A stretch of DNA of 64,000 nucleotides from a virus. The notes under the pieces are model-generated. The model was not told the DNA's origin. It was given only the letters and a program-made list of their open reading frames with translations, and searched no databases. Within the stretch, counting starts at the first letter, position 1. Every line of letters begins with the position of its first letter. Position numbers and translations under genes: made by a program. Shown here piece by piece: positions 11,638 to 22,201 of this stretch. Location of the stretch: the IMG/VR virus record IMGVR_UViG_3300042691_038490, positions 1 to 64,000 of that record, one strand, 5' to 3'.

Positions 11638-13173
11638 TTAGTTTATGTCAAATCCTTCAAAACCGAAAGCTTTACTATACTTTTCGCGTAGTGAAACTTC
11701 AGCGGTTGTTGTTGAATTTGGGATTGAAGTCTTTTCAACGTTTGCGTTGTCTAGAACTTCATCTACAACTTCGGTTGCAGATTGTTCAGAAGATGTTGAG
11801 GCTTTTGTTTCCTCTTTAACTTCAGAAGCTTTTGCTTTCATGTCTTCTTCTTTCATCATGTCCATTTTAGCTTTTTTAGCAGCTTTATTTTTTTCTTTCA
11901 TTAGAACTGCCATTTTCTTTTTATAAGCGGCAAATGCTTCTTCGTCTAAATCTTTGATATCGCTAGCTAAAATTTGACGATCTTCGTCAGATAGCTCAAA
12001 TTCTTCGTCAAGAGCAGCCATTCTTAGATTGAATGCTTCTTCTTTAGCTTTAGCTACTTTTTCTTCTTCGAGTTTAGCAAGAGCAGCCTTGAGTTTTTCA
12101 AGTTCTTCTTTTACTTTTTCACCCTCGGCAGAAAGTGCTTCGTATTTTTCTTGAGCAGCTTTAATAGCAACATCTTTTTCATTCTTTTCAGCTACAAAAG
12201 CTTCAGAAGCTTTCTTTAGCTCTTCTTGAATGAAATCTGTTACGCTAGAAGCTGTGACTTGCTTTAGTAGCTCGTCAGTAATTTGATTGATATTTTCTAT
12301 TTTCATAATTATTCTGTTTATAACTCCTTCTTCATTTACAGTATTTTCTGTATTTTGTGAAATGTTATTTTCACCATTATTAGAGGATTCAGATTCTTCT
12401 TTAGATTTAAATTCAATAACAGCTACTTTATCTTCATCTTTTACAGCTACGCCCTGTACATCAGCAGCTGGATTTGATGTTAATCCTATACCTAAAGGAA
12501 TAACATCTCCTACTACTTGACGATAAATATAGGTATTATTGTTAATTTTACCTGTTCCTCCAAAAGCTTTAAGATTTTTACTTAACTTATCTTTTTCTTC
12601 CTCATCTGTAACAAATTTAGCATCTTCTAGATTTTTATTATTATTATCTAACAGTACTAGATCATATTCACTAAATCCAAGTTCCCAAGAAGCACTTACT
12701 TTCATATAATTTTCACTAGAAGGATCATTACTTTCTTCAATTAGATTAGCGAGTTGAGGATTAATAATTTTCCACATTACTCCACCTAGAGTAATATAAA
12801 ATGGCTCTTTCATAGATTTAACGTCTAATTCAGCAAGGCTTTCATTTGTTCCAAATTTACTAAAACTAGCCGTCAATATGCATCCTACTACTCTAGAACG
12901 ATCATGTTCTATATTTATTGGTTTATTTACAAAATTCTTTACCATCTCAGCTGCTGTAGCTGAATTTATGACATCGCCATTCTTATTCACTCTGTTAACA
13001 ACACAAGCATCAAATGCGATAGGAAGCAAATCTATGTTTTTAGATGTATCAACATCTGGTAGAAATTTTTTCAAATTAGTCATTGAAGCAAGAGATAGAT
13101 ATTTATCTTTTTCTTCACTAACTACTGGTTTAATATGAAGATTAGCAAAAGTTGTATTATATTTGAATTCCAT
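11638..13173 (-). CDS. Prohead protease with C-terminal scaffold
   Basis: NKNGD...PINIEH...SASWE...GLTSNPAA protease-like motifs, followed by an E/K/A-rich coiled-coil. Confidence 0.8.
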   Translation of the reverse strand: MEFKYNTTFANLHIKPVVSEEKDKYLSLASMTNLKKFLPDVDTSKNIDLLPIAFDACVVNRVNKNGDVINSATAAEMVKNFVNKPINIEHDRSRVVGCILTASFSKFGTNESLAELDVKSMKEPFYITLGGVMWKIINPQLANLIEESNDPSSENYMKVSASWELGFSEYDLVLLDNNNKNLEDAKFVTDEEEKDKLSKNLKAFGGTGKINNNTYIYRQVVGDVIPLGIGLTSNPAADVQGVAVKDEDKVAVIEFKSKEESESSNNGENNISQNTENTVNEEGVINRIIMKIENINQITDELLKQVTASSVTDFIQEELKKASEAFVAEKNEKDVAIKAAQEKYEALSAEGEKVKEELEKLKAALAKLEEEKVAKAKEEAFNLRMAALDEEFELSDEDRQILASDIKDLDEEAFAAYKKKMAVLMKEKNKAAKKAKMDMMKEEDMKAKASEVKEETKASTSSEQSATEVVDEVLDNANVEKTSIPNSTTTAEVSLREKYSKAFGFEGFDIN

Positions 13174-13175
13174 AA

Positions 13176-13760
13176 TTAAACCTCAAATGTAAAGGTAATG
13201 CGATCATCTTCATCATCAAGATAAAGTTCATCAGCACTAACGAAATCAAAATCATTTAAATTATAATTTTTAATATCTTCGTCTGCTTGATTAAAGTCTT
13301 CATCACTAGGTTCGAAATTAGCTTCAATTGTATAATCATTAGATGAAGCGCGAGCAATATCGCTATCAGCTTTGCGATAAGCATCTTTTACTGGTTTACC
13401 ACTTACCATTCTAAGAAACATATTGACTCTTGCCATGGCCCATTGACCACGAGTTTTTCCTGGTCTATGAGAGGAAGAAAATGCACCAGCGCCACGACGA
13501 TATACTTTTTTAAGTTGGCCTAATGTTACTTTTTTCTTGTATTTAGAATTATGTTCTTTTACTTTATTTTTTAAAGCTTCAATTACTTTTTTAGAAAAAT
13601 CTATAGCTTTATCACTTTTTGTACCAGCACTTCCTGGTTTATTGCGACTAGAACCTTTGCGACGTTCTGATGGTTTAGCTGGGGTTTGTGCAGAAGATTT
13701 AGGACCACGTCTTTTGGCCTTTAAGAATTCAAAGCCATATTGTTCTGAATCATAATTCAT
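13176..13760 (-). CDS. Basic head-associated protein (DUF5824-like domain)
   Basis: LKKVYRRGAGAF..SHRPG....QWAMARVN motif recognised from viral proteins. Confidence 0.55.
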   Translation of the reverse strand: MNYDSEQYGFEFLKAKRRGPKSSAQTPAKPSERRKGSSRNKPGSAGTKSDKAIDFSKKVIEALKNKVKEHNSKYKKKVTLGQLKKVYRRGAGAFSSSHRPGKTRGQWAMARVNMFLRMVSGKPVKDAYRKADSDIARASSNDYTIEANFEPSDEDFNQADEDIKNYNLNDFDFVSADELYLDDEDDRITFTFEV

Positions 13761-13799
13761 ATATTTATTAATATTACACTTTAATTTAATTAATTTAAA

Positions 13800-13949
13800 T
13801 TATTTTTTCTTTAATTCTTCTGTAGCATCAGCCGCAGATCCCATTGTAGCAGTATCTGGATATTTAGTAGGTAATTCTCTGCTTTGGTAACTTGAGTCTG
13901 AACAGGAAGTCAATATAAATAATAATGATAATACAATATATTTCACCAT
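13800..13949 (-). CDS. Small lipoprotein (49 aa; not in ORF track)
   Basis: MVKYIVLSLLFILTSC lipobox; own GTGTAA motif at 13956-13961. Confidence 0.6.
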   Translation of the reverse strand: MVKYIVLSLLFILTSCSDSSYQSRELPTKYPDTATMGSAADATEELKKK

Positions 13950-13961
13950 AAAATATTACAC

Positions 13962-14657
13962 TTATTGATTTTTAAATTTTTCTGAAATAATCTTATCTGT
14001 TTCTTTTATATTATCTTTAGGATTAATTATTACATTTGCTAATGCTTCTTCTATAATTTTAGCTTCTGCATCTCTACGACGAACCATCCCCTTTTCTATG
14101 CCTCCACCAATCCAAATCCTTTTCATTTTTCTAACTTCTTCTGCAATTTGAGATAATATTTTTTCATCAAAGTTTTGTGTTCGTGCCATAATATCTCGAA
14201 TAGCTTTCATCTCTCTTCTTCTATCACCTTCGAGAGCTGCTCCTCTATTAAATACAAGACTAACTAATCCGCCCTTTGCATCTTCTGGAAGTTTATCAAA
14301 ATTTGGAAAAGTTTTCTGTGTTAAGTCATAAAATTTTTTAACTGTCTTATTCATAAAAACTTTGAGCGATAATTCCCAAGGTATAGTTATATCTTTTAAT
14401 CTACGAGCTAATTCCTTAGCTTGATATCCTTTTATTCCAACAACACGATATAATCTATCAAAAGTTTCTTTAGGTAAATTTTTCCAATCATTAGAGAATT
14501 CAGTTTTATTTACATAGCCAGCATCATAACCAACTCCAATAGTAACTCCACTTTGCTCTCCTGGCCATGTAGGATTCTTTAAAAATTTATTATAATAATT
14601 TTCGCCACCGCCCACTTCAAAATCAAATATAAGTTTAAGAGATTTATCGTTTAACAT
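13962..14657 (-). CDS. Endolysin (pesticin/lysozyme-like muramidase)
   Basis: FE..G...WPG..SGVTIGVGYD.G and LVSLVFNRG...RRRDAEA motifs. Confidence 0.8.
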   Translation of the reverse strand: MLNDKSLKLIFDFEVGGGENYYNKFLKNPTWPGEQSGVTIGVGYDAGYVNKTEFSNDWKNLPKETFDRLYRVVGIKGYQAKELARRLKDITIPWELSLKVFMNKTVKKFYDLTQKTFPNFDKLPEDAKGGLVSLVFNRGAALEGDRRREMKAIRDIMARTQNFDEKILSQIAEEVRKMKRIWIGGGIEKGMVRRRDAEAKIIEEALANVIINPKDNIKETDKIISEKFKNQ

Positions 14658-14664
14658 TTATATT

Positions 14665-15081
14665 TTAATTATTTATTTTATCTATTGTTTTATCTATGAT
14701 ATTATCTGCTGGTACTTTTTCTTTTAACCAAGAATTCATGACTCCAAAGTAAACAAGGTGTTCATTATCAATTAAAAATAAATCATTGCCATATCTGTCT
14801 TTATATGGAGCTATTCCAGCATCTTCAATTAATTCAATCGCTTTTTCTTTTTTAAATTTTACTTTATACATTTTGATAAGATTATTATATCTTTCTTTTG
14901 CAGAAGATGTAATTACTGCGCCATTATCAATAATAGCGATTAGTCCACCATTATCTTTGTTATAATTACTTGGAGTAGAAGCATCATAAGATGCAGTGCT
15001 ATCTTCTATCTTATCTGGTGTTATCGTAGCGCAACCAGTGAGAAAAAAATTAAGAACCAATATGCTTACGAATTTGTTCAA
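14665..15081 (-). CDS. Lipoprotein, possible o-spanin
   Basis: FLTGC lipobox; overlaps the upstream small gene, next to the endolysin. Confidence 0.55.
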   Translation of the reverse strand: MNKFVSILVLNFFLTGCATITPDKIEDSTASYDASTPSNYNKDNGGLIAIIDNGAVITSSAKERYNNLIKMYKVKFKKEKAIELIEDAGIAPYKDRYGNDLFLIDNEHLVYFGVMNSWLKEKVPADNIIDKTIDKINN

Positions 15082-15247
15082 GATCCTTCTCCTTGACTGC
15101 TTTTTCTATATCACTTTGATGATCAACTTCTTTTTGAGCTTGTTGACGCTCTTTCATTTCTTTGGTATTCTTGGCGCCAAACACGTTATTAATTGCTTCA
15201 AATATTCCACCAACAAGTCTAACAACTGCACCAAAAAGTTCTGTCAC
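15050..15247 (-). CDS. Small membrane/coiled-coil protein, possible i-spanin
   Basis: Hydrophobic N-terminus with a charged helical tail; overlaps the lipoprotein gene. Confidence 0.45.
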   Translation of the reverse strand: MTELFGAVVRLVGGIFEAINNVFGAKNTKEMKERQQAQKEVDHQSDIEKAVKEKDLEQIRKHIGS

Positions 15248-15248
15248 T

Positions 15249-15710
15249 TTACTCTACGTATTCTTCTGTAGCGTCTTTGCAACCACTTGCGATTGCATTA
15301 AGAACTTTTACAGCAAGAGCTGCGTCTCCATTTAACTTAGCAAATTGTGCGGCGTAGATATCTTTAAGAGCTACTACATATTTTGCCCAATGAGTTTTTT
15401 CTGCTGGAAGATAATCTGTAAGAGCTTTTTGAAGTTGATCTGGAGTTGGGGTTTGACCAATTGTGAGACTTTGAACAACAGTTGCTACATTGTTAATCAT
15501 CTTAGCTTTCTCAATTCTATCCTCTGGCGAAAGAGCTTGCTCAAGAACAACTGTGCAAGCAAGAATTACTGCTGGCTTGATATAAGGAAGAGCGTTCTCA
15601 ACCCCCGTGGTTCCGCCAACTTGATTATCTCCACCAGTATTAGTTGTTGAGCAACCAACCATAAAAATACCCATAAGGGCGATAGCGATTAGACTATTTA
15701 ATTTATTCAT
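15249..15710 (-). CDS. Lipoprotein in lysis cassette
   Basis: FMVGC lipobox after a signal peptide. Confidence 0.6.
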   Translation of the reverse strand: MNKLNSLIAIALMGIFMVGCSTTNTGGDNQVGGTTGVENALPYIKPAVILACTVVLEQALSPEDRIEKAKMINNVATVVQSLTIGQTPTPDQLQKALTDYLPAEKTHWAKYVVALKDIYAAQFAKLNGDAALAVKVLNAIASGCKDATEEYVE

Positions 15711-16006
15711 ATATTTTCTCCATGTCCTATTTCTTTTTTTATTCTTTTCTTTGCTTCTTTTGTTTGAGCTACTTTACCACCAGTAACAGCAGCATCTTTA
15801 ACAGTTAATGCAAAAACTATTCCGCCAACAACTGCGATCAATTTAGAAATTCCAATTATATATTCTTCTGCTTTATCTGGAAGAAAAGCTACTAATGAAT
15901 TATCTCCGTGAATTGCAAATGCTGTAGTTACTGCTACTACTGTTATAATTCCTGATGTGGAAGATCTCCAATTTGGACCAAATAATTTAGATAGCATATT
16001 TTTCAT
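15707..16006 (-). CDS. Putative holin
   Basis: Two hydrophobic segments, NWRSS.SG start and basic C-tail; first gene of the lysis cluster. Confidence 0.55.
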   Translation of the reverse strand: MKNMLSKLFGPNWRSSTSGIITVVAVTTAFAIHGDNSLVAFLPDKAEEYIIGISKLIAVVGGIVFALTVKDAAVTGGKVAQTKEAKKRIKKEIGHGENI

Positions 16007-16057
16007 AATATATTACACTATATTATAATTTATAATATAACAATTATCTAAAATAAA

Positions 16058-17326
16058 TTGAAATATAATTATTTAAAATATATAATATTGAAAATGTTTA
16101 AATGCATATCAAAATGTAGATTCTGTGAGCATAAAGATCTAAAAACAATAATAAATTTAAAAAAACAAACTATCCAAGGTTCTTTTATTTATCCTAATAA
16201 GAAAGAGCCACCAAAAACTAAAATTAATTCTATAATAAAAATTTGTAATGTTAAAACTGGAGGCTGTGGATTAGTTCAAAATCTTGTTACAATTGATCCA
16301 AATATACTATATTCAAATTATGGATACAGAAGTTCTATATCAAATACAATGAAAAAACATTTAAAGAAAATTGCAAATGATAGTTTAAATTTTTTTCAAA
16401 AAAATAAAATTACTCCAACAAAGATTTTAGATATTGGGGCTAATGACCTATATTTACTGCAACAATATCCCTCTAATGTTAAAAAAGTTGGTATTGATCC
16501 AAGTGAAATTATTAATGAAAGAAAAATAAAAAATATTAAAACAATTCAAGGATTTTATCCTAGTAAAAAAATTAAAGATACTTTTGATATTATTTGTTCA
16601 ATTGCGTGCTTTTATGATATTGATGATCCATTAAATTTCTGCAAAAATATAGAAAAAAATTTAAAACAAAATGGAATATGGATAGTTGAATTTGCTTACT
16701 TAAATTCCGTAATTAAAAATTTAGCGTATGATGGTATGGTTCATGAACATTTATGTCTATATTCTATGAAAACTTTTGAAAATATTTTAAAAAAAACAAA
16801 TTTAAAAATTTTAAATGTTCAAGAAAATGATGTAAATGGAGGTTCTTTACAGCTTTGGGTGGTTAAAAAAAATAATAATTTTTATAATAATAAATTCGAA
16901 AAAAACATAATAGATTTAAGAATGAAGGAATTTAATGAGAAAAGTAGCGATATAAAAATATATAAAAAATTTAGAAGAAGAATGTTAAAACATAAAAACC
17001 AATTAACTAAATTATTAAAAAAATTAAAATCGCAAGGTAATATAATACATATATATGGAATGTCTACAAAATTAAATACTATCTTATCTTATTGTGATAT
17101 TGGTCCAGAATTAATTGATTGCGCAGCAGAAAGAAGCAAACAAAAAATTGGAGCAAAAACTATAAGTAAAATACCAATAATTAGTGAAGAAGATAGTAGA
17201 AAAAATGCCGATGTTTATCTAGTTGGACCATATCATTTTAAAAACGAAATTTTAACTAGAGAAAAAGATGCTATTAAAGATGGTATTAAATTTATTTTTC
17301 CATTACCAAAAATAACTATTATTTAA
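16058..17326 (+). CDS. NDP-hexose C-methyltransferase family protein (likely start at the MFKC ATG)
   Basis: N-terminal CxxC..C..CGLVQ zinc motif, Y.YRSS, ILDIGAND SAM motif, YDGMVHEHL, NGGSL and the IYG...K.NT.L.YC C-terminal domain. Confidence 0.85.
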   Translation: MKYNYLKYIILKMFKCISKCRFCEHKDLKTIINLKKQTIQGSFIYPNKKEPPKTKINSIIKICNVKTGGCGLVQNLVTIDPNILYSNYGYRSSISNTMKKHLKKIANDSLNFFQKNKITPTKILDIGANDLYLLQQYPSNVKKVGIDPSEIINERKIKNIKTIQGFYPSKKIKDTFDIICSIACFYDIDDPLNFCKNIEKNLKQNGIWIVEFAYLNSVIKNLAYDGMVHEHLCLYSMKTFENILKKTNLKILNVQENDVNGGSLQLWVVKKNNNFYNNKFEKNIIDLRMKEFNEKSSDIKIYKKFRRRMLKHKNQLTKLLKKLKSQGNIIHIYGMSTKLNTILSYCDIGPELIDCAAERSKQKIGAKTISKIPIISEEDSRKNADVYLVGPYHFKNEILTREKDAIKDGIKFIFPLPKITII

Positions 17327-19350
17327 GTTAAATTTAAAAATGGATATAAAAATTGAACAGCTCCAGTATTTACGCCAGAACTATCATCAAGATAGCTATT
17401 ATTTTCTCCAAAGAATATCATAATTGTACAACTATCAGCTTTGCCAGTAGTTCCATCGTCCTGTGGAGAACTTACAAATGTTGGTATTATGACTTGATAA
17501 TCTAAAAACTGCCATTGATTAAATATTGAGCTTTGACTTGTCTCAGCAAGTTTTTTAAATTTTATTATTGGTTGACCGAGCCATTGACTATACGCTTCAT
17601 ATACTTTAGATCCATCATAAGTATTAAAATAAGTATAAGTAGAACTATTTCCAAGAAGATTTACTCCTCCTCCATGTATTATAGAATAATTTAAATAACT
17701 TTGTATTGCCCCTTTAGTAAAGTATAAACCAATTCCCCCAAAATTTAGTGACCTTAATGGATCTTGACTAAGTACTTTATAAAAAGATCCAAAATTAACA
17801 TATGTTTGCGTGGTAATTGGAACAGTATACATTATATAAAATAAACTCCAATCATTCGCTGAGTTAGTTGTGCTTATAGGATTTTTTGTAATGTTTATAT
17901 TTTTTGGTAGACCTAAACTTGAACCAAAACTAGCAGCTTTTAAAGAATGAATTCTACCACCTCCATTTGGTATATTTTCAGCGTCTCCATTTGTTTTTAA
18001 ATAATATTTTAAAAATATATTATAATATGGACCATATTGTGACCAACCAGGAGGAGCTTGCTCTGTCCATTTAGCAACTCCATCTTGTGTAGGTAAATTT
18101 TTGAATTGATTATAAGGAATTAAGGAATTATTATTTATCATTTGTTGATATGGATAAGGAAAAGTTCCATAACTGTCATAAAGAATATTACCACTGGCAA
18201 AAATTCCTCTTCTTCCAAAATCTGGATCAAGATCAAAATTAAAACTTAAAGATGCGGTTTTATTACTACCAATTGAAGAATCATAATTTATATTATTAAA
18301 TTTACAACCGCTAAATATAAATCTTGTAGGATAAGTCCCATTAGTATTGGTGCATTTATTAAAGTTAACTACAATATTATAATCATCATCACTATTTAAA
18401 GTTTGTAAAAATGAACCAGTTAATGTTTCTTTTACTGTGAAACTTGCATTTAATGTTCCATTAATTGGAAATTCTATTTTTCTTAAAAGAGGTAATTTAT
18501 AATTTACTGCACGATATGCTTTTCTGTTAAAATTTAAATTAAAATCTAAACTCTGAATTGTATCTGTATAAAAAGCGACTCCATCACTATTTGTATAGAA
18601 TGTTATATTTGCATCTCCAGGTAAAAGTATATTTTGTCCACTTATATTAGGATCATTGTAATTAAAAGTTTTTGGAATTAAAATTTTGTCTGACTGATTT
18701 TCTGCAAATCCAGATTTTAGATTTAATGTAGAATATGGGATATTTAAGCCACTAGAATAGTAAGTTATATTATCTGCGACATAACTCTGATTGACTTCTG
18801 GCATGTTACCAACGCTAACATTAAAAGAATATTCATTTAAATAAGCGTTTTGAAAGTTCAAAACTCCATAATTTTTTGAATTAGGATCAGCTATATCGCT
18901 AAATCCAGTTGGATAAATTGCATCATATGATAAGGGTTCGTTTATTAAAAGATCTTCATTATTTTTATTTATAATAAGATAAAAATCTTTTTTATTTAAT
19001 AAAGAATTATTTGTACATAAACCAGAAAACATGGGTGCTTGAGAAATTGATTGAAAATTTGCTACATCAAAATTTAACTTATTTTCATTTGTAACGCCAT
19101 CTGGAATATAAGAAAAATTAAAAGAAACTTCTGGAGCCAATCCTTGACCTCTAAATATGTTTTGTTTTTGACCAAAACCTTGAGCATTATTTTCATTTTT
19201 TTGAATTGAATAATTAAAAGATTGTATCTTTTCTAGTTTTTTTAGTACTTTATAGCCACTAAAATAATAATTAGTATACTCATTTTGTTCCCCAGAATAT
19301 GGACCAACAAACAATCCTTCTACATTATAAATTATTCTATTCCTTGACAT
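17323..19350 (-). CDS. Putative tail tube/major tail protein with C-terminal extension
   Basis: MSRNRIIY..EGLFVG start, beta-rich, YDSSIGSNKTASL.F motif; lies among tail genes. Confidence 0.5.
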   Translation of the reverse strand: MSRNRIIYNVEGLFVGPYSGEQNEYTNYYFSGYKVLKKLEKIQSFNYSIQKNENNAQGFGQKQNIFRGQGLAPEVSFNFSYIPDGVTNENKLNFDVANFQSISQAPMFSGLCTNNSLLNKKDFYLIINKNNEDLLINEPLSYDAIYPTGFSDIADPNSKNYGVLNFQNAYLNEYSFNVSVGNMPEVNQSYVADNITYYSSGLNIPYSTLNLKSGFAENQSDKILIPKTFNYNDPNISGQNILLPGDANITFYTNSDGVAFYTDTIQSLDFNLNFNRKAYRAVNYKLPLLRKIEFPINGTLNASFTVKETLTGSFLQTLNSDDDYNIVVNFNKCTNTNGTYPTRFIFSGCKFNNINYDSSIGSNKTASLSFNFDLDPDFGRRGIFASGNILYDSYGTFPYPYQQMINNNSLIPYNQFKNLPTQDGVAKWTEQAPPGWSQYGPYYNIFLKYYLKTNGDAENIPNGGGRIHSLKAASFGSSLGLPKNINITKNPISTTNSANDWSLFYIMYTVPITTQTYVNFGSFYKVLSQDPLRSLNFGGIGLYFTKGAIQSYLNYSIIHGGGVNLLGNSSTYTYFNTYDGSKVYEAYSQWLGQPIIKFKKLAETSQSSIFNQWQFLDYQVIIPTFVSSPQDDGTTGKADSCTIMIFFGENNSYLDDSSGVNTGAVQFLYPFLNLT

Positions 19351-19386
19351 TATCCTTAATCCTTAATTAGGATTACACTTTATTCT

Positions 19387-20727
19387 TTACCATTCAGATA
19401 GAGCTGTTCTAAGCCATTTGGATCCATTGTGAAAGTAAAGATATCTTGAATCTAAAATAAGTTGTCCACTTATACCAGCAGAATTTGATGTTGCTGGTGA
19501 ATTGACTGTATTACGTAATATTATTTTATTTTTAATAAATGTACCGTTAGCAAAATCAAGAGATAAAGTGCATGCACCCGCAGAATTTTTAGCATTAACT
19601 GTTGAATCGCCAATTACTGCTGATCCATCGTGGGTAATATTTATGCATTTTCCACCCAATGCTAAACCATTATTTGCCTGAATCGTATTACATGATCCAC
19701 CCAAAATTGATCCATAGTCTCCTCTGATGATATTATTTGAACCACCAAGAATTGAGGAAAATAGACTTATATTTGCACATTCTCCAACAACATTTGTACC
19801 AACTACACAATTAAATAGTCCATTTAGAACCGTGCTATATTTTGACCAAGAACATTCATCAGATGTTGTGATCCCTATTTTATTTTCAGCTCCACCACCA
19901 ATTAAATTTGATGAGGTATAAGTACCTCTAATTTCATTACATGTTCCATTTAAAATTGTATTACAATATGAATTTATGCAATTAGAACTTCCATTAAGTA
20001 TTGCTGCGCTACTTGATTGATATACGCTATTATTATTTCCATTACCGATAAAAGTATAACTTGAATTAGGCGCAGCTAAATTGAGGCATCCATTTCCAAT
20101 AAAAGCCATACAATTTACAGCTCCTATTTGATTCTCGGCGCCATGCGCAATTACATTCCCACGTCCACAACCTCCACAACAAATATTATTTCTCGTACCA
20201 CCTATGACACTAGAATGTGGTGCATCTACTATATTACAATATCCTCCTCCGACCATTGAGTTAAAACCATTAACATAATTGCATTCTCCGCCAGCAATAA
20301 CTGCTAAATTAGCTGAAGCAACATTTCTATGTCCACCACCGATAAAAGATCTTTGACTTGAATTTGTAACACAATTATAAACTCCTCCGCCAATAAAAGA
20401 AAGATCTGCGCATGTTTGATTTAATTCTCCTCCAACTATTGATGATCCAGAAGCAAATGCACAATTACTTTGTCCACCGACTATTGAAATATGATCACCA
20501 CGTCCACAATTATTTTGTCCACCAAGGATTGATGTATATGATCCAACTATAATATTATTACTTCCACCAACAACGGTAGTATAATTTCCAGATGAAACAT
20601 TATATTTACCACCAACTACTGTTTGTCCGCAGCAAAGAGCAGTGAAATTGAAATTATTTTCAACATATCCTTCTAATGTTCCATCAGAGCGAACACTTCT
20701 AAAAACTACTTCGTTATTTGAGATCAT
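19387..20727 (-). CDS. Cys-rich GGxxN beta-helix tail fibre protein
   Basis: Many I.GG..N repeats; ends with the W.RTALSEW module. Confidence 0.65.
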   Translation of the reverse strand: MISNNEVVFRSVRSDGTLEGYVENNFNFTALCCGQTVVGGKYNVSSGNYTTVVGGSNNIIVGSYTSILGGQNNCGRGDHISIVGGQSNCAFASGSSIVGGELNQTCADLSFIGGGVYNCVTNSSQRSFIGGGHRNVASANLAVIAGGECNYVNGFNSMVGGGYCNIVDAPHSSVIGGTRNNICCGGCGRGNVIAHGAENQIGAVNCMAFIGNGCLNLAAPNSSYTFIGNGNNNSVYQSSSAAILNGSSNCINSYCNTILNGTCNEIRGTYTSSNLIGGGAENKIGITTSDECSWSKYSTVLNGLFNCVVGTNVVGECANISLFSSILGGSNNIIRGDYGSILGGSCNTIQANNGLALGGKCINITHDGSAVIGDSTVNAKNSAGACTLSLDFANGTFIKNKIILRNTVNSPATSNSAGISGQLILDSRYLYFHNGSKWLRTALSEW

Positions 20728-21731
20728 ACAAATGGATACCTCCTAAAATCACCGCCATTATATAAGTAATTAACTTCTTCAGCAGATAGAGCTTTTCTTT
20801 TCCAAAAGCCCATATATTTAACACTTGAACTACTATAGTATTCTGTTAAATTAACAGGAGTACCATTAGTTGAGCCATTTGGACTTGCTCCAATTCCCCA
20901 GCCCTGGTAGCTTGGGTTGTTGTATATTGAGCCTAATTGATAAGCTGCATATGATGTTGATCTCTCTAGTGCGCCATTAATATATAGTTTTATTATTTTG
21001 CTTGTTGCATCATTTGTAGCAACCACTTGTGTAAATGCTGAAGTACTGATTTGTGTATCAGATACAGCCCTTACCCAATTATAATTAAATGGCTGACTAT
21101 GTCTACCCAAAGAGAATGATAAATATGGGCCATACGCCGTATTTGAAGGATTTACAAATTCAAAATGAAAACCTAATTTACCAAATGGATTACCCATTAA
21201 AAATCCATTATTGATTCTTTTCACTTCAAAGCTTATAGAAAAATCTATATTTGAGACACTTGGTTCAATAAGATTTGATGTATAATTTAAGAGACATCCA
21301 TTATAGGATGGATTCGTAAAACCATTTTCTGTACTAAAAGATATTTCAGCAGAGGTAGGATTTTGAAAATTATAAGATCCAATTATATCTTGTGCATCAG
21401 ATATAAAGTTCCACCAATTCGATGGAGTAGGAACAGGGAGTTGAACAGGAGAAACTAGAGGATCTTGAAGACCAGCTCCCCATGAGGCTAGTCTCGCTCT
21501 TACCCAAGTATTTGTATTTATACAATAATAAATATGATGATCATCAAAAGCTATATTACCTTTAGTTCCAAAATCTCCTGTAGTATCTGGAGCAGACACA
21601 ATATTTAAATCTCTATTTAAATTTGGATCTACACTTAGTCTATATCCAGAAACTACAAATTGATTAGTATTATTATCAATAAATAATTGTTTTCCTGGAG
21701 AGTTATAATATATTGAATTAATTGTTGCCAT
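20724..21731 (-). CDS. LamG/concanavalin-like domain virion protein
   Basis: QVVAT....IKLYINGAL and ALSAEEVNYLYN LamG signatures. Confidence 0.7.
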   Translation of the reverse strand: MATINSIYYNSPGKQLFIDNNTNQFVVSGYRLSVDPNLNRDLNIVSAPDTTGDFGTKGNIAFDDHHIYYCINTNTWVRARLASWGAGLQDPLVSPVQLPVPTPSNWWNFISDAQDIIGSYNFQNPTSAEISFSTENGFTNPSYNGCLLNYTSNLIEPSVSNIDFSISFEVKRINNGFLMGNPFGKLGFHFEFVNPSNTAYGPYLSFSLGRHSQPFNYNWVRAVSDTQISTSAFTQVVATNDATSKIIKLYINGALERSTSYAAYQLGSIYNNPSYQGWGIGASPNGSTNGTPVNLTEYYSSSSVKYMGFWKRKALSAEEVNYLYNGGDFRRYPFV

Positions 21732-21732
21732 A

Positions 21733-22164
21733 TTAAGATATTCCTTGCGTTGACGCTATATTTACCCATCCAGTATAATTATTATTTACTATACCAAGTA
21801 AAATAACACCTTGAGGAGCATTTATTGATAGTACTTCATCTGACTTATCAAATACTTGATTTGATGCATATCCGCTAATAGTTAATGGTAATGCTGAAGA
21901 AAGATTTTTAATGTAAATTAATTTTTTATCTAATACATCTGGCATATATCCAGTATAACTCATTTCAACGTCAGAATAAAAAATATTAGTTGAGTTAGTT
22001 ATATTAAAATTTGTATTTTTATAAAAATCATAATCTTGAGTCAGATTACCAAAATATATATTTGCTGGTTCATTGTTACCGCTAATGCGAACATAACGTA
22101 AATCTAATTGACCAGAATTAGTTAACTGTTGTGTGAATATTTGTAATCCATTAAATGTACGCAT
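21733..22164 (-). CDS. Virion structural protein
   Basis: N-terminal ~30 aa nearly identical to 22899..23165. Confidence 0.6.
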   Translation of the reverse strand: MRTFNGLQIFTQQLTNSGQLDLRYVRISGNNEPANIYFGNLTQDYDFYKNTNFNITNSTNIFYSDVEMSYTGYMPDVLDKKLIYIKNLSSALPLTISGYASNQVFDKSDEVLSINAPQGVILLGIVNNNYTGWVNIASTQGIS

Positions 22165-22201
22165 TTAATAGAATTACACAAAAATTCAAAAAAATACTAA
22201 A

